NCBI RefSeq assembly: GCF_023055435.1
Contig: NW_025963890.1
Coordinates: forward strand, 20,336,001-20,400,000
Length of the DNA: 64,000 bases
DNA from: Haliotis rufescens
Taxonomy: Eukaryota
Direction: 5' to 3'
Below the pieces are notes generated by a model. It did not search any database and was not told the origin of the DNA. It saw nothing but the letters and a program-made list of their open reading frames with translations. Below, in pieces: positions 36,801 through 51,800 of this stretch. The position numbers and the translations under genes were made by a program. Within the stretch, counting starts at the first letter, position 1, and the number at the start of each line of letters is the position of its first letter.

Positions 36801-39800
36801 ATGCCGCTTTGAAAGTAAATCTTCAGTATAGAGAGTGAGTTAAAATTTAACGTCACATCAGCAATATTTCAGCCATATAGTGACGTGAAATCTTCAGTAC
36901 ATGTTTTGATGGATACATTATTAGTTCCTATATAACCATTTATCGAAATTACTTCATATATTCATTGTGAAAATGTATGATTGAATCTCTACAAGGTACT
37001 AGCCAAATCTTAGCATGAGGGATGTTTGTCATTAAATAAGCTGCCTTCATAGAAGCTACAATCCTGTTTCCAGGGGCTCTTCAAAGTCATAGAAACAAAA
37101 TTCCTTAAAAACCAGTTTTCCACCATTACATACTGTTGTAATACTCAGCAATAACAACTCATTCCACTCCCTAATGTGTATTTTAGTTTGGAGTATTTCC
37201 TATCTTGTACACGAAAAAATCCAAGAGTTTAGAAGTACCGTTCTTTGTATAATTATGGGCAATGTCTGCCGATGCCAAGAGTGTAATGCTGCGCTCCCTG
37301 GACTTGGCAGATTTGTCACCAACACCACTGGACTGGAAAGGAGAGATCAACGAGATAATCCACAGTGTTCTCTCACTCTCATACTCACACACTAGCACAC
37401 ACACAATGTATTATCACAGTAACCTTGAAAAAAGGTTTAAAAAATTAGTCTCTAGGAATATTACTCAAGAAATGAGTGCAAGTATGACATAGCATGATAA
37501 AGGTCTGAGTGCATGTTTAAAATGCTCCAGTAATATCCCGATACAGTCAAAGTTTCACCGGTAGTCACCCATCCTAATCAGTTACTGAGCTTGGGCTAAT
37601 GCCGCATTATACAGTGTTCCAGTTACATCACAGCATATCGGCTTAATGTGTGCGGAAAGCCCACAGTGATGCAGGTCTTGACACTTACCAAGTTAGTGAA
37701 ACCCACAGGTATGGGTATGGTGCTGACAAACCAAGAAACATAACACAAGGCTTTATTTGGATTCGAACCCACAATGGATGTAAATCTGCACAGTGTTTTG
37801 TTTGTTTGGTGTTTAACGCTGCACTCAACAATATTCCAGCTATATGATGGCGGTCTGTAAATAAATGACATGCATCAACCAAGTCAGTGAGCCTGACCAT
37901 CAGATCCCGTTAGTCACCTCTTAAACCAAGCATGGGTTGCTGAAGACCTATTCTCAACCTAGATATCGAAGACCTATTCCTTAAACAGATACTGAAGATC
38001 TATTCCCTACATGGATACTGAAGACCTATTCCCAACCAGATATTAAAGACTTATTCCCTACGGGATCTTAACAGGTATCATCTGTATAGTGAAATGCAGG
38101 CAAAAAGACCCAAAAGGTTTTGGACAACTAACTTTGGTGAGAGCATCCTGTCCATCTTGTTCTGCACTGGCAGAAGCATTTTCAGCACTGTTGATGGCAT
38201 CCACTATATCCTTGTAGGCATTGGCAGCTTGGACAGCATTAGCGGCCACCTGCCTTGTGTCTGTATACATCCTGGACGGAGAGTCAGAGAAAGGCATCAC
38301 ATCACTTCAAATTTGCCACATTCTGTGCAACTGATACCTTCACACAACCGAGTCTACATATCTTAGTACAATGCCTTCCAGGCATACATGACAATTGAGT
38401 CATTTAGGAATATCTGAGATCCATACCTTACTTATATTAGTAATCTACAGTCATGTCCCGTTAATCAACATGGTTGGTTGATTATTTCAGAGTATGAAAA
38501 AAGTAATAATTAAGTAGTATCAACGCTTGTGACCGAAAATCGGACAACTCTAAGATAGATAACGATTCAAACACGTAATAAAAATGAAATATTCATATTG
38601 TTATGTTACATTGTCAGCAGAATGTTTTCTAATCATGCAACCTCCACTGCTTAACACAAAATATCTGGTACGAGCTGTATGACTGATTCAAAATAATTTA
38701 AACAGTCTGGAATGTGCCAAAAAGCTCAAGAAAGCTTCTTTCTTAGTGGCTAATGTTGACTTCCTGTTAGTCATTTCATTGGTCAAAGCTCGCAAAAGGT
38801 CGTTCTGATGTGTCCTGTAATGAGATGTCCTCAGCGGTAGCAAGAACTTGTATCTGATATTAATGAGATTGAGGTAATCTAAGCATGTGATTAATCCTGT
38901 TTTGTTTATTTAAAGCATTAATTGTTTATTGTTAAGCAGGTTTATCTCTGTAGCCACTGTAATATGCAGCTACTAGCAGACTCTTCTCGCATCAAAACGT
39001 GGGGCTGTGTACTCACGGGGAGATGACAATGGAGTACGCTGATCACTGTGTCAAATTAACGAGACTGATGAGTGATTTTGGTAATTTGTTGCAAATTAAA
39101 AGGTGTGTTGGAGTCGGAGTGCGAGAAAGTCAGTTTAACGGTTCAAAATACCACTGATTTGATCGGTTCCCATCATTAGTGTTGGATATAGGCGATTATT
39201 GGATTAACAAGTGTCTGATTAACATGACTTGATTATAATACTAATCACCACAAGAAAAAATTCATTAAGGGTTTGAAAAATTCATTAAGAAATTGGAAAA
39301 TTAATAAAAACAATTTTTTTCCTTTGACTGCGCCCCTCCATATGACACAGATTATATGTACTAAGTTTGAGATGAATCCACTGAATAGTTTAAGAGAAAT
39401 TGCGTGGACAAAGTTTTCGGACGGACAGATGGACAGACGGATGGATGGATGGACGGACGGACGGAACCTTGGTATAACTATATACCCCAGACATTTTGTA
39501 GGGGGTATAATAACTGCACGATTGACTGCGTATTGCATTGCATTTTCAACACCCAAATCTGTTAACCACATGTTACATGTGATTAAAGTGTATTGGCCGA
39601 ATAGAGTGCATAATATAGCAACTGTTGAGGACCTTTTCCCACAAAGCTATCTTTGCACAAAGGTGATTGTAACTTCCATAACTTGACATAGATCTAGCTG
39701 CAGTGGTCAGATCGCTTTGTGGAACAGGGACCTGCACAGTAATAAAATCAGGGGTGTGAGTCAACTCACTGGTCAAGGGCCTCAGCCTGGTCCTCGAGGT

Positions 39801-42800
39801 CATCTGCTTTCTGCATGCTCTGGTTGACCAAGGGCTCCAGCTTCTGAAGCTTGTTAGTCAGTGCACCCTGCGACTCGGTCATGCCGACAAAGGCTGTATC
39901 CAACTGGCCTGCCACATCTTGTAGAGCCTGAACAGAAACACTCTCCTTTTGTTAATGGATGATGGTGCTTATTGATACCTTTCAGATGACATGTTCTGTC
40001 AGTTTTTCATCTGACTCATCTCAAGTGAGCATCAATGGAGCCCACATCTACTTCAACAAGGTAACCTTTATTAATAATGCTATTGCATCCAGTTTATATG
40101 ATATAGGGGCGAAAGGACAAAACTAAATATGTTTATTCCCATCTCATAATTTTACATGGATGGGGATTTGAGAATCATCTGCAATACTGGAAATAGTTTC
40201 ATGGTGTCTTCAATGAAGAGGTTAAGTATTATGCCAAAAGCTCCAAAGTTAATTTCCTTCCTAACTACAAACTGTGACACAAATAACTGATAAGTCTAAT
40301 GAAAGTATACAGCCACTAGGTGCACAATGGTTTTACTTACCACAAAGGCATCCTCACTCCTGTTGAGTGCATCTCTCGCACCACTAATCATCTCATTGGC
40401 ATCATCCAACACGCCAATTATATTTTTCTCCAATGCACGGATGTCTTTAATGTCTTCCTGCAAACAAACTTGTTTACTTGCACATCACTTCTATCTCCAA
40501 ATAGGTGACTAAATGCTATGTAACCTTACATTAAATATACAGAATGTCTATATATAACATACAGAGCAACAAAATATTGTATTGTAGAATGATTATGTGG
40601 AATAACTTTCTGATATTTACGAATGTGCATTTTTGCAATTCTCAATGCTGATTGGTCAGTTGAAGCCATATGATGTCAGTGCTTCATTGTTGAGAAAAAG
40701 ATGACATGATGTCATCCATTGTTCATGTCACAAATTGATTATGTCATCTGAATAACAGGCTGCCTTCTATGAAGTTTCTTGGAAGGGTTGACATTTCATA
40801 CTGTATTTTTGTTGTTTTTTTCTCTGTTAAAATGGCCATGACCAATATATGCAGAGACGCCAACCCTAATTGAAGCTTTGGAAGTTTGGAGTAATCAGAA
40901 AAAGAGTCATGGTAAGAGTGCCATGACATGATGCTGGTTTTCGTTTGACATTTTTGTTAGGCCTAAAATGAACACGAAGCATGGGTACACATGCATTGAT
41001 GCTAGTAATGTAGCTGCACACACAAACCGCACTATTTTGAAAACAGGACGATAAATATCAAAATAAGTAGAAAAATGACTTCGCTTGCTTGTGTATGGTT
41101 AAAAATGACAAAATTGAATATCAATCCAAAGATATAAAAAAATGGACATCAACATCAAAAAAGTAGAAAATAGAAGCTCCACATTGTATTTCGAATACCT
41201 CAGAACTATGGATTATCTGTCACTTGTGAAAGAAAGCTTTAAGTCATGGCCAAAGGCTCAGTCACTCTTGACAGATAGAATTACAGGTTGAGTTTTGAGT
41301 AGGTTATTATCTAAATATACAACATAACACCACATGATGGCAATGTTTTGAATCTAAGCTACATTGGCACAGCCAGCCTTGATGTAAACTTATCCCTGAA
41401 GACCCAAAAATGCAAATCCCAGCAATGACAATGCCTAGTACAAGTAGATATGTCAATTAACATGGCCTAGCCCAGTAGCAACAGACGTGGCTATACTTAA
41501 ACAGTATGGCACATTCCATGTTAACATTAAAAAGTTGAACAAACTCGCGTGACGCTTAGTCATAAATAAGTGATTAACGTGGCATAAATGGTGTATATCA
41601 CATCAAACTTATGTTAAACTAACCAGTAGTACTGCCAGGTCATTGTTTTTCAACTGATCATAAAGTTCATGGGCCTTCCTGGAGTCAATGTCAGAGAAAT
41701 GAGTATTATTCCGCAGATCGTTGTATCGAGCCTCAGCATCAGTGATGTTGTCCTGGATATTGTTGAGGAGCTCCAGCTGCACTGCTGCGGCCATCTGAAG
41801 CTGATCGGACCGGTTCAGGGCTGAAACAGGGAATAGAGCAGGGCTGGTGTACAATGTGTTAAGAGATTTCAACTGAGGAACATTTAGACCATTTGAAGAG
41901 AGAATAGTTTTACATTTTTAGCAATATTCCATCAATATCATGGCAGGGGACACATGAAATAGGCTTCAGACCTTGTACTGAAGTCAGGAACATCATTTTT
42001 TAAAATATAATAACAGCCAGCTATATATATCATGTTCAGTGACAATGACCTGTTACTGATCACTAACATTGAGATGAGTCTTCAGTACTTGTCAAAATAA
42101 CTTGAACATTTCTGACCAAATAAACTGACAGTACAAGTGAAGCATAAAACAAGAAATCTGAGCATTCAAATTTCCACACAAATTAACAAAATACTTTAAA
42201 CTTCCCAAAGTATATGGAATTTGCATTTGTGTTTCAATAAAGTTCTTCATTGAACTTGAATTCCATTTTTGACAATGCTCCATCCACACATCATTACGTC
42301 TTTCCTCATAACATTATACACTTCACAAGCAACAAGATCAATCTCCACAATATTGCTGGCTACACTGAATAAAGAATTGAATGGCTTAATTTCTAAAGTG
42401 CATCTTCTTCATACCCTTCTGTGCCTCCATCAGTTCCATGAGAGCAGATTCATTCCTGGGGCTAAAGTCTCTGGACACAATCTCCTGCAAGATGCGTTCT
42501 GCCTCTCGGATGTATGTTTCAATGTTGGCCACCTGGATTCCGGCCAGGATACGTTCTAATACCTGGTTGACGTCCGTCACAGCAGCTGAAACCAAGTCGC
42601 AGTTCACAACACCTCTACACAGGTACACCCAAACTCACTTAAGTTATTTAGGTCTATCAAACTTTCTCCTACCACTTTTCATTTCTCAGGAATATTTCCA
42701 TGATGATGCGGTGCCTGTATATCATCTAGTGCCATGAAACTGACTGATGACATGTTATCTACAATTAGTTGCTTCATCATACAAGGTATTGTTTTCACTC

Positions 42801-45800
42801 TTATTCCTTATTTCCTGAATCTTTCACAGCAAACTGATATAGAAACATACCTTCAATATGAAAACAACCAACCCCAACATACATCTGCCTTGGTGACATT
42901 AGAAGCAATGGAGAACAAGTATTTGTCACAGAGTGACGAAATATCCCCCGCCTGTACACCATAGTACCAAATATGAAGACAATCCAGCGATTAGTTCTTG
43001 AGATATTGTGGCAACACCGTTTTCCAACTCCAAAAACAGATTTGCCTGCTGTGACCTTGAAAATGGGGTCAAGGTCACCAAATCTGACAGGTGTATGCGG
43101 TGTCTGTATATACACTATAGTTCCAAATATGAAGACAATCCAGCGATTAGTTCTTGAGATATCGCGGCAACACCGTTTTCTAACTCCAAAAGCAGATTTG
43201 CCTGCTGTGACCTTGACAATGGGGTCAAGGTCACCAAAACCGACTGGTGTCTGCGGTGTCTGTATATACACCATAGTTCCAAATATGAAGACAATCCAGT
43301 GTTTAGTTCTTGAGATATCGCGGCAACACCGTTTTCCAACTCCAAAAGCAGATTTACCTGCTGTGACCTTTAAAATGGGATCAAGGTCACCAAAACCGAC
43401 TGGTGTCTGCGGAGTCTGTATATACACCATAGTTCCAAATATGAAGACAATCCAGTGTTTAGTTCTTGAGATATCGTGGCAACACCGTTTTCCAACTCTA
43501 AAAGCAGATTTGCCTGCTGTGACCTTGAAAATGGGATCAAGGTCACCAAAACCGACTGGTGTCTGCGGAGTCTGTATATACACCATAGTTCCAAATATGA
43601 AGACAATCCAGTGTTTAGTTCTTGAGATATCGCGGCAACACCGTTTTCCAACTCTAAAAGCAGATTTGTCTGCTGTGACCTTGAAAATGGGATCAAGGTC
43701 ACCAAAACTGACTGGTGTCTGCGGAGTCTGTATATACACCATAGTTCCAAATATGAAGACAATCCAGTGTTTAGTTCTTGAGATATCGCGGCAACAAACA
43801 GGTGGGACGTACGGACGGACGGACGTACGGACGGACGTACGGACGGTCGTGAATACTATATCCCCCGCTTCGCGCTTTCGCGCGGCGGGGGATAATAACA
43901 TTCCACCCATCAAATTGCAGCTCTTAAAGAGGGTGATTTGAAGGTTTTTTTTCAAGCAGGTCAGCTACTAACATTGGCTTACTCAAACAAAGTCTTGACA
44001 CATTTCTACAATCAAAGAAGAAAGTATCTTTGAAGCCTTACGTATGAAAAATGAACACTCAACATAAATCCCGGTATTATTTGCTGAAGCATCTTACCAC
44101 TGCCCTCCTGAGCGCTCTGAGCGATGACCCTCTCTATGTCAAAGGCATCTGTCTGCAGGGAGTCCACTTCACCTTCTAGGGCTTTAGCCTCCGCCATACT
44201 AGTCACTGCCTGAACACAAGACACAGTCACTGTAGAACATAGCGGAATCTGTCCATCTTGCTAACCATTAAGTCATCGTGCAATGGATGCCTTTTTGTAT
44301 AACTGGTAATCTATTTATCTAAGTTATCGAAGTTACAATTCAAAATTAAAAGAGATACTTACTCGATTTAAAGTTGTCATTGCGTTTTCTCCTAGTTTTT
44401 CAATCTCGTCCACAAACGGGGTGACATCGATGGGATCCGTGTTCTTGTACAGGTTGCGAACTTGAGGCTGACAACAGAGAAGCAGGATTTCAATTTGAGT
44501 GAATGAGTTTGCTCTAGCACTTCTTTCAACAGTATTTTAGTTATATCATATGGTTACATATGAAGAATATGTAGGACATAAGGTTTCTATTTCACTTTGT
44601 GGTGTTGTAAATACTAGAATGTTTCAATGAAACTTAATGTTGAGAAAAATAACAGGCTACAATAGGTGCATGTAGGCCTAACGAGGCACACTTGACCACT
44701 AATCTGTACTTAAGACCAACTAGTTTAGTTCTAAAACAGCTAGAACATCCTTTAATACTTTTACCCAGATAAAAAAAATTCCAAATCATACTATTGCCCT
44801 CACCCCCTTCACAATATAATAGCTGCATAATTTACAAGAATTGAATCCAGGGAAGAAAAGATCTTCAGCAACCCATGCTTGCTGTAAAAATTCTACTTTT
44901 GGGATCGCTGACTTGGTTGATGCATGTCATTGTATCCCAATTACGTGGATTGATGCTCATGATTATTTACAGACCGCCATCATGTAGCTGGAATATGGCT
45001 GAGTGCAGCATTAAACAGCAAACAAACAAATACAAGAATCAGTAGGATAACATCCTCATGCAAGACCAGGGAACAAGCTTCTTACCCTGAGGTCAGCTAT
45101 GGTCTGGTTGATTTCGGACAGTTTCTGGAAGGCAGCAACTCCCACAGACACACTAGCCAGCGTGCGCCGACTTACTGTGACGTTCCTGTCCATGAAGTCA
45201 AGGTCATCCATCAGAAGATGAACACAGTAGCCGCATTCTGACAACATAAGGCACAAGTAGTTATTCAGGCTAATCACAAATGGTCAGTGCTTCAGATTGT
45301 TTTCTCTTTGTTTACACAAACAAATGACCCTGCGCTTCTCAGCACTGTGAGTACCCTGGACCTATATTTTGGATACCTGACCCTCATTTTCATTGGTAAT
45401 TGTCTACTGCCCCTTGAATACCATAATAATCTGCAGTTCCCTGCAACTTACAAAGAATAATCACAAAATACAATGAATACACAGCTGCCAGGGAAAGATA
45501 TTAATTCCACACACAGAAGATGCAATACCTTGACATCCAACTTCTGGTATGAGGACCCATCTATCCAAGCACCTGTCACACATCTCCCCAGTGACACCAG
45601 GCAAGCACTGACACCGCCCAGTGTCGGCATCGCAGGTAACAGCTCCATCTCCCATACATTCACAGCCTGAAAACAGCCCAACAGTAAATGTATCTGTCAT
45701 GTCATGGTTCCATTGTATGTCAAGTTCTTGGGGATGGTATCTTCCTGTATGAGCATTTACAAATGGTAATGAACCCTAGGGCCTAAATAATCCAAATAAT

Positions 45801-48800
45801 ATATATTCAAGGCAATATTTTCATTTTGAAAGATTCCAAAATAGCAATAATCATAACTGTTTCTGATAAATATTTGAACAAATAAAGTGATGATATGGCT
45901 TGAATTAATATTGAATTGCACTGATCAGAGAAAACAAAAGCATGAATTAGAATCAGTGCATTAAAGTGTACTATCCCTAAAATTATATATACTTTAGGCT
46001 AAAAATATTATTTATACTTATCCTGACTCATACTTATTGTTTATCTCTAATCATTTTTGAAAGATAGTGGACTGAACTGTATTCCTTGAGAACAGAGAAA
46101 ACATCTCACCCAAATGCACCCCTATACTGCACATGCACAACAGAAGCACATGTCCAAGCAGGTTTACTCATCACTCTCTCACTTAATGGGACAGTAACCA
46201 GACTTCAATAAGTCTACATGAATACTGGATGAGTTTTCTGGTAGTAAGGCCTATCTTCTGTTAGGCATAGTTAATTGTTGTGCGACCACTAAGCACGTGA
46301 ATTCCAGCCACATCCACACAGAAAAATCTAAGGTAATGGTAAGCAAAAACCGTATCCGATATCTACAAACAGCCTTCCATAATTGTAAGGATAGAGCAGT
46401 TTCCATGCAGTGCCAACGTTGATGCTATGGCTCTCACTTCATGTCGTTTGAAGGTTGAAGGGGGGCTGGCCTTGCCACTCTATAGGCTCTGAGGACTACT
46501 GCTCTCATCCAGAAGGAAATGTTTGTGCTGGATATTTCTGTGGTATTTATCCTAGATAACGGAATGAACAACCTTCTTAAGTTTTGACGTCTGGTGCCTT
46601 ATCTGTTCAGGGAGATGCATAGAGCTTAAAATGGATAAATCCAAGGTGTCCTCAGACCCTAGAACTGATGAAAGTGGTGGAATATGAATCTGTCTGTCTG
46701 GCTGATTCTTCGGGAAAAAATCCGATGCATTTTGGCCGCTGTCAAGTCAAGTATGTGAGAAATCGATTGCATGAATTTCAGACATTCTAGTCTAGTAGAA
46801 ATAATGTCTTAGATGAGTTAGATTCATTCATTTGCTTCATTGGTGAGGTGGTAGAGTACCACATTCAGATCTCAGACTGGTGCTCTGAATATCTTCTGCT
46901 GATCTTCAGCAAGGATGTAAGACCACTTTGGTGAACTTGATTCTGTTATGCATTGTAACCATGGAACTAATTGCTGCAACATATGTTGAGCCTCCTTTGA
47001 AATTCTTTGTACTTCACAAATGGCAAAGGAATTCTGCTACTTATGGTAGGGTAGTGTTGGTTGCTGTAAAACCTTTATACTCATAGGTCATGTTTATAGG
47101 TCACAAACTGGTCAAAGCTGTTTCATCTATCATCTAATAAATTCGTTGTAGATCTGCGAAGGGCTAGGGAGACTGCCTTGGCTGCTCTGCCAGAATATCT
47201 AGTAAGGTTGAACAGTATATGTTACATACGTGAAGTTCGTAAGCATCTGGGTTTTGATGAACTTGCATGATATGAGGATGAAGAAGGTTTTGCCAGTTTG
47301 GGAGTTTAACCGTTGGTATCCCTGGAAACATGACGAGCTCTGGTGACCAAGTCGTAGTCAGCCAGTAAATCGTGATCAAAAGCAGTAATAGGTATTAGTG
47401 CCGGTGGTCAGAACACATAAGGGTGTCACCCTTCCCAAGATATCACCAGGGCGTCTTCGGCTCAAGCTAGTGGGTCTGGAACTGGTGAGACAAATGTCGT
47501 TGACTGTTAGTTGAACCCGTAGATAGCTTTGAATCTTTGTCCACTGACCACCTGGCACCTGAATAAATTTTTCCTTGTGAGGAATTGGATTCCCAAGAAT
47601 TTGAGGTCTTGTGATGGAGTGAGGTCTGATTTCTGGGAACTGATAAGTGAGTGAGTGAGTGAGTGAGTATTGTTTTACGCCGCTTTTAGCAATATTCCAG
47701 CAATATCACGGCGGGGGACACCAGAAACTGGCTTCACACATTGTACCCATGTCGGGAATCGAACCCGGGTCTTCGGCGTAACGAGCGAACGCTTTAACCA
47801 CTAGGCTACCCGACCGCCCGGGAACTGATAAGACCACTAAGTCTCTGTTAATAATGTTAGAATACAATCTCCGAGTAGATGGACAACTTCATGTGCTTGA
47901 ATCCCATCGCCCATGTAGAATGTGCTGCGTATCCCCTTGTTGAGTATGAAATCTACAATTGGTTTGGTCACCTGAGAAAACAACCACAGAGCCATAGAAA
48001 TTCAAAAGTACAGGACTGCCCACTGGAAATGTTGTCCTTCAAACTGGAAAGGTAGGATGAATGGGGACATAGGCAAGTGTCTTGAAGGTCGATGCTTACA
48101 AGATGATTGTGCCGCCGTCTTATTAGGTGCTTCAGATGCGGTAGGTGAGGCATTCTAAACTTGTCCGTTTTTTAAGATATTTCCTGTTGAAATCTTTCAT
48201 CTTGTATATTAAATGAAACTTTTCTGTTGAGTTCTTTTTGGGGACCAGAAAAATTGGGGAATAAAATACCAGAGGTAGGGCATCAGGCTGCACTCTTTAA
48301 ACCACACCCTTCGATGGAAGGGTGTTTATTGCCTTTCCTTGCTTGGGTTTTAACCTGTCCAGATATATAATGGCCAATGAGGTGAGTGTGAGGGGTGGTT
48401 CCTCTCAAAGTGTTGGTTTGTAGCCCTTCTTGAGAATGTTGCTGACAAATGGATCATCTAGAATGTCCAAGTTTCTCCAATATCTGCCATCTATTGTTAT
48501 AGGCTGATTACAAACGGCTGGAGGTGGAATGTCCTAGTTGGTTGTCAGCATCCCATCAATGATAGGCATGAGATCACCTGGATCCCCTGCCATGCATGGA
48601 TTGGTTACTTGAATTTGTCTTGTGACTTACGAAGAGAAGTTGACTTCCCCCATCTGTGGGAATAACATCTGTCTTTAGCCCTTTGGATGCCGGAGAATAT
48701 GCTTATAAACTGTGTTCTTTGTACAGACTACATAGAATTCATCATCTGGACTGACTTAATCAGCATCTGGTCCTCATAATCTTGGACTACCTCCTTGTCT

Positions 48801-51800
48801 GACAAAGAAGAGGCTTTGCATATAGGTCTGATCAAAGGGAGTTAGTTATGAGGCCCTGCCGACGTAAAAGCGTAAGGCTGGCAGACGTAGAGCTAATGTG
48901 GCCTGAGATGAACTCTTGGCTTTTCTTTTGAGCAATCAATGCAGAGAGAAACATCCTTAAGCATTGCCTCATTGATCATGAAGAAGGATCATCTTGTAGT
49001 GGTGTCAAGTTGTGATAACTTTTTATCCTCCATTTGGTAGAATCTACACTTCAAATCAGACATAAGAGTATTACCTTTGTCAATCTCTGCAGCGCCAAGA
49101 AAAAAAGGGTGAACGTATCTGACAGTGACGACTCTCTAGATGGTGATGAGATAGGTATCTATCTGCAATTAATGATGTGGATAAACGGGGGTATGATCTG
49201 TAGATTTTTACTCTTCTTCAAAGAGTGGCTCAAACACGTCTTCTTCCTGTAAAAGGAATGAAGTGCTAGGGTTTGAAGCTGAAGATGAACAGCGGAAAGT
49301 CTGCAAATTCTCTGCAGAGGAAGATGAAGATGGTGTATGCTGATTGGAGTCCTTAAATAAAGTGTGATGTTGTTCATTGCAAGTAAAACTTGTTGTGTAA
49401 CATTGGTGACTATGTCGGGGTCCATAGTAGGCTGCATAAACCTGGCAGGATGTGCGAAGGAAGGTAGCTGCCCACTAGAGGGTGCCTGTGAAAGGGCTGG
49501 TGGCTGCATGAAAGTCTGCACCTCAGTGTAGATAGGTTGCGGTGTGAAGGCCTTCTGAGTGTAGGGAGGCTGCATGAACACCTGCATGAACCCTTGAGGC
49601 TGTGCGAACCCTCAGGACTGCATTAAGGCTGCATGCTGATGTTGTCTGTGCATGTTGGGATGCAGGCTTTGAAGACCCATTGTCAGCGGCATCAGTCTAC
49701 TTTGTGATATTCACATAAGCTCAGACATGTTTACTCTTTGTCAGCATTGAATTTGATGAAGTTGATAAAGGATTCTTCTTCTTTGCCAGCGATTGTAGAT
49801 TCTTCTTCATGATGCAGGCATCAGCAGAATATTTTTTCTTTGGCCTGGTTGTACCCTTTACAGGGGTGTCAAACACTTCAGCTACCCAGGGAAGCAGTTG
49901 CAGGTATTAACTGTAAAGAAAGCAGATTAGTAAATAATTCCCCCGAGAAAGTCTAGCTCTCTATCTTTCTCTGAAAAGGATGTCGGTGTGGTGTTGAGGA
50001 TGACGCAGCTCAGGGATGATGCAGCTTGAGATGATTCCCCCCTCTTACCGTCCATCTTCTTCCTCTGTACTGCAAATACATATTCTGAAAATGTATCTCC
50101 CCCGAAAGGAGAGCAGGAACTACACTTCCGCTCTTTAGTACAGTGCTGAGGGATGCAGGAAGCTTTGCTAGGAAGGCTTGGATCACAAATGCTCAGGAAA
50201 TTATCCCCAACCATTCGGTTGTTGCAAAATTGAGAGAGTGATGTGTAACCGGGCTTGATCATGTGCTTCCGGTGTGCAAGTTCTCTGGGAACACAGTTCA
50301 GGAGGTTTCCAGGATAAGCTAAAATAATTAATTAATTAATGACAAACCTTACAAGAAGTGAAGATGAAGGGGCTTTTTGGTATTTCAAGGCATAAAAGTG
50401 AAACTTTCTAGAAAAGCACTGAAATCAGTTACATAATCAATAGAAATCTCTGCTAAAAGGCATGTCCTTTGCACATGATTCTGATCATTCCAAACCATGT
50501 GTTTTTGAATAACTAACAAATAGTGATGATACTAGGTGAAAATGTGAGCATGTGCTGCCCCAAGAAGACAGTGGATGAGTCATGTTTTCTCTGAGCCCTG
50601 TGTGAAAGCTGAACATATATTTGATACACATGAAATATGCACTGACAACATCAACAATATAAAAACAGTTTATGTCCTCACGTTGACATCCTGAAGAACC
50701 ATAGTTCCAGTAGCCCTGCTGGCACTGGTCACACTTCTGTCCAAGGACATTGGGCTGGCACTCACACTGACCAGTCCTCAGGTCACACTGGGGGGAGATG
50801 GAGGCAGACCCACAATCACAGCGGTTGCACCCAGTACAGTATTCAAACCCCCATGTGTAAGGCTGCAAGTGGAGCAAAAACATAACACAGGGTGGGAATA
50901 TGTCAAATAGATATCTAGGATAGAGATTTTACCTCGCTGTTAAGGCAAATAAGGAAATCTGAACAATGCTTTACTTGATTTGACTACATTGTACCATATT
51001 TTGGCATCACTTAACATATTATTATCTTAAATTATTTACTCTTTTAGTTTCTCTTTGATTCTGCTTTCCTTCCAGTTATCATCAAGAGCCCCCTTACAAA
51101 GACATCATGGTGCAAAACTGTTGTAACACCCATTCTGTAACATTGATATGTCATGCTTACTTCAGTTGTAGTACAATCCCTTTGTGAAACTTGGTCCTCG
51201 ACACAAAACACTATCTCTCTATGTTCTTATTATCTCTCTATGTTCTTAAACAAAATATTATTTCTCTATGTTCTTAAACAAAACATCATTTCTCTCTATG
51301 GTCATCTATACATCTGTGTTATGATTGGTTGGTTATACTCACTGCACATTGGTCACAGTCCAGGCCAATCACATTGGGTTTGCAAGCACAGACACCATTC
51401 CCATTGTCACAGCTTTCCGAGCCACATTGGTTGCAGGCACAGGCTACAATGGTAAACAGTCACCATCTTATAGCAAACAAGATATAGATGAGCAGTAATT
51501 CATGTTAGACTGGAACCTGTTAGGACAGAATCCCTGACTTCTGGATGACAACTGTCAGGAACATGACAAACAAAAACACATTATTCCATACTCCCGATTC
51601 ATGAACAACAAAACTTTGTTAATCTTGATAATGTCACTTGGAATGGTATCTTTCATATTGGCAGGGTATCACTGCATTAAGTTATTAGAAACACCAGTTT
51701 GTTCTTGCACTGGTCTGTGATAGATTGATGGATAGAATTGGAAACATGAAATTGCTATTAAACATTAACATATATGTATAGGTCAGCTTCCACTTTTGCT

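Noticed and set aside
37527-37600. Possible 5S rRNA-derived sequence
   Set aside because: Only a short GGATGGGTGAC-like match; too weak to call.
42801-43955. 384-aa and 322-aa ORFs as protein-coding genes
   Set aside because: Translations of a 153-bp tandem repeat inside a non-autonomous element in an intron.
47740-47819. tRNA genes here and at ~53540-53617, ~52775-52851 and 3629-3690
   Set aside because: No complete cloverleaf; three of the four are followed by SINE bodies and tails and flanked by TSDs.
51212-51300. Short tctctatgttctta repeats
   Set aside because: A few degenerate local duplications in an intron with no sign of function.
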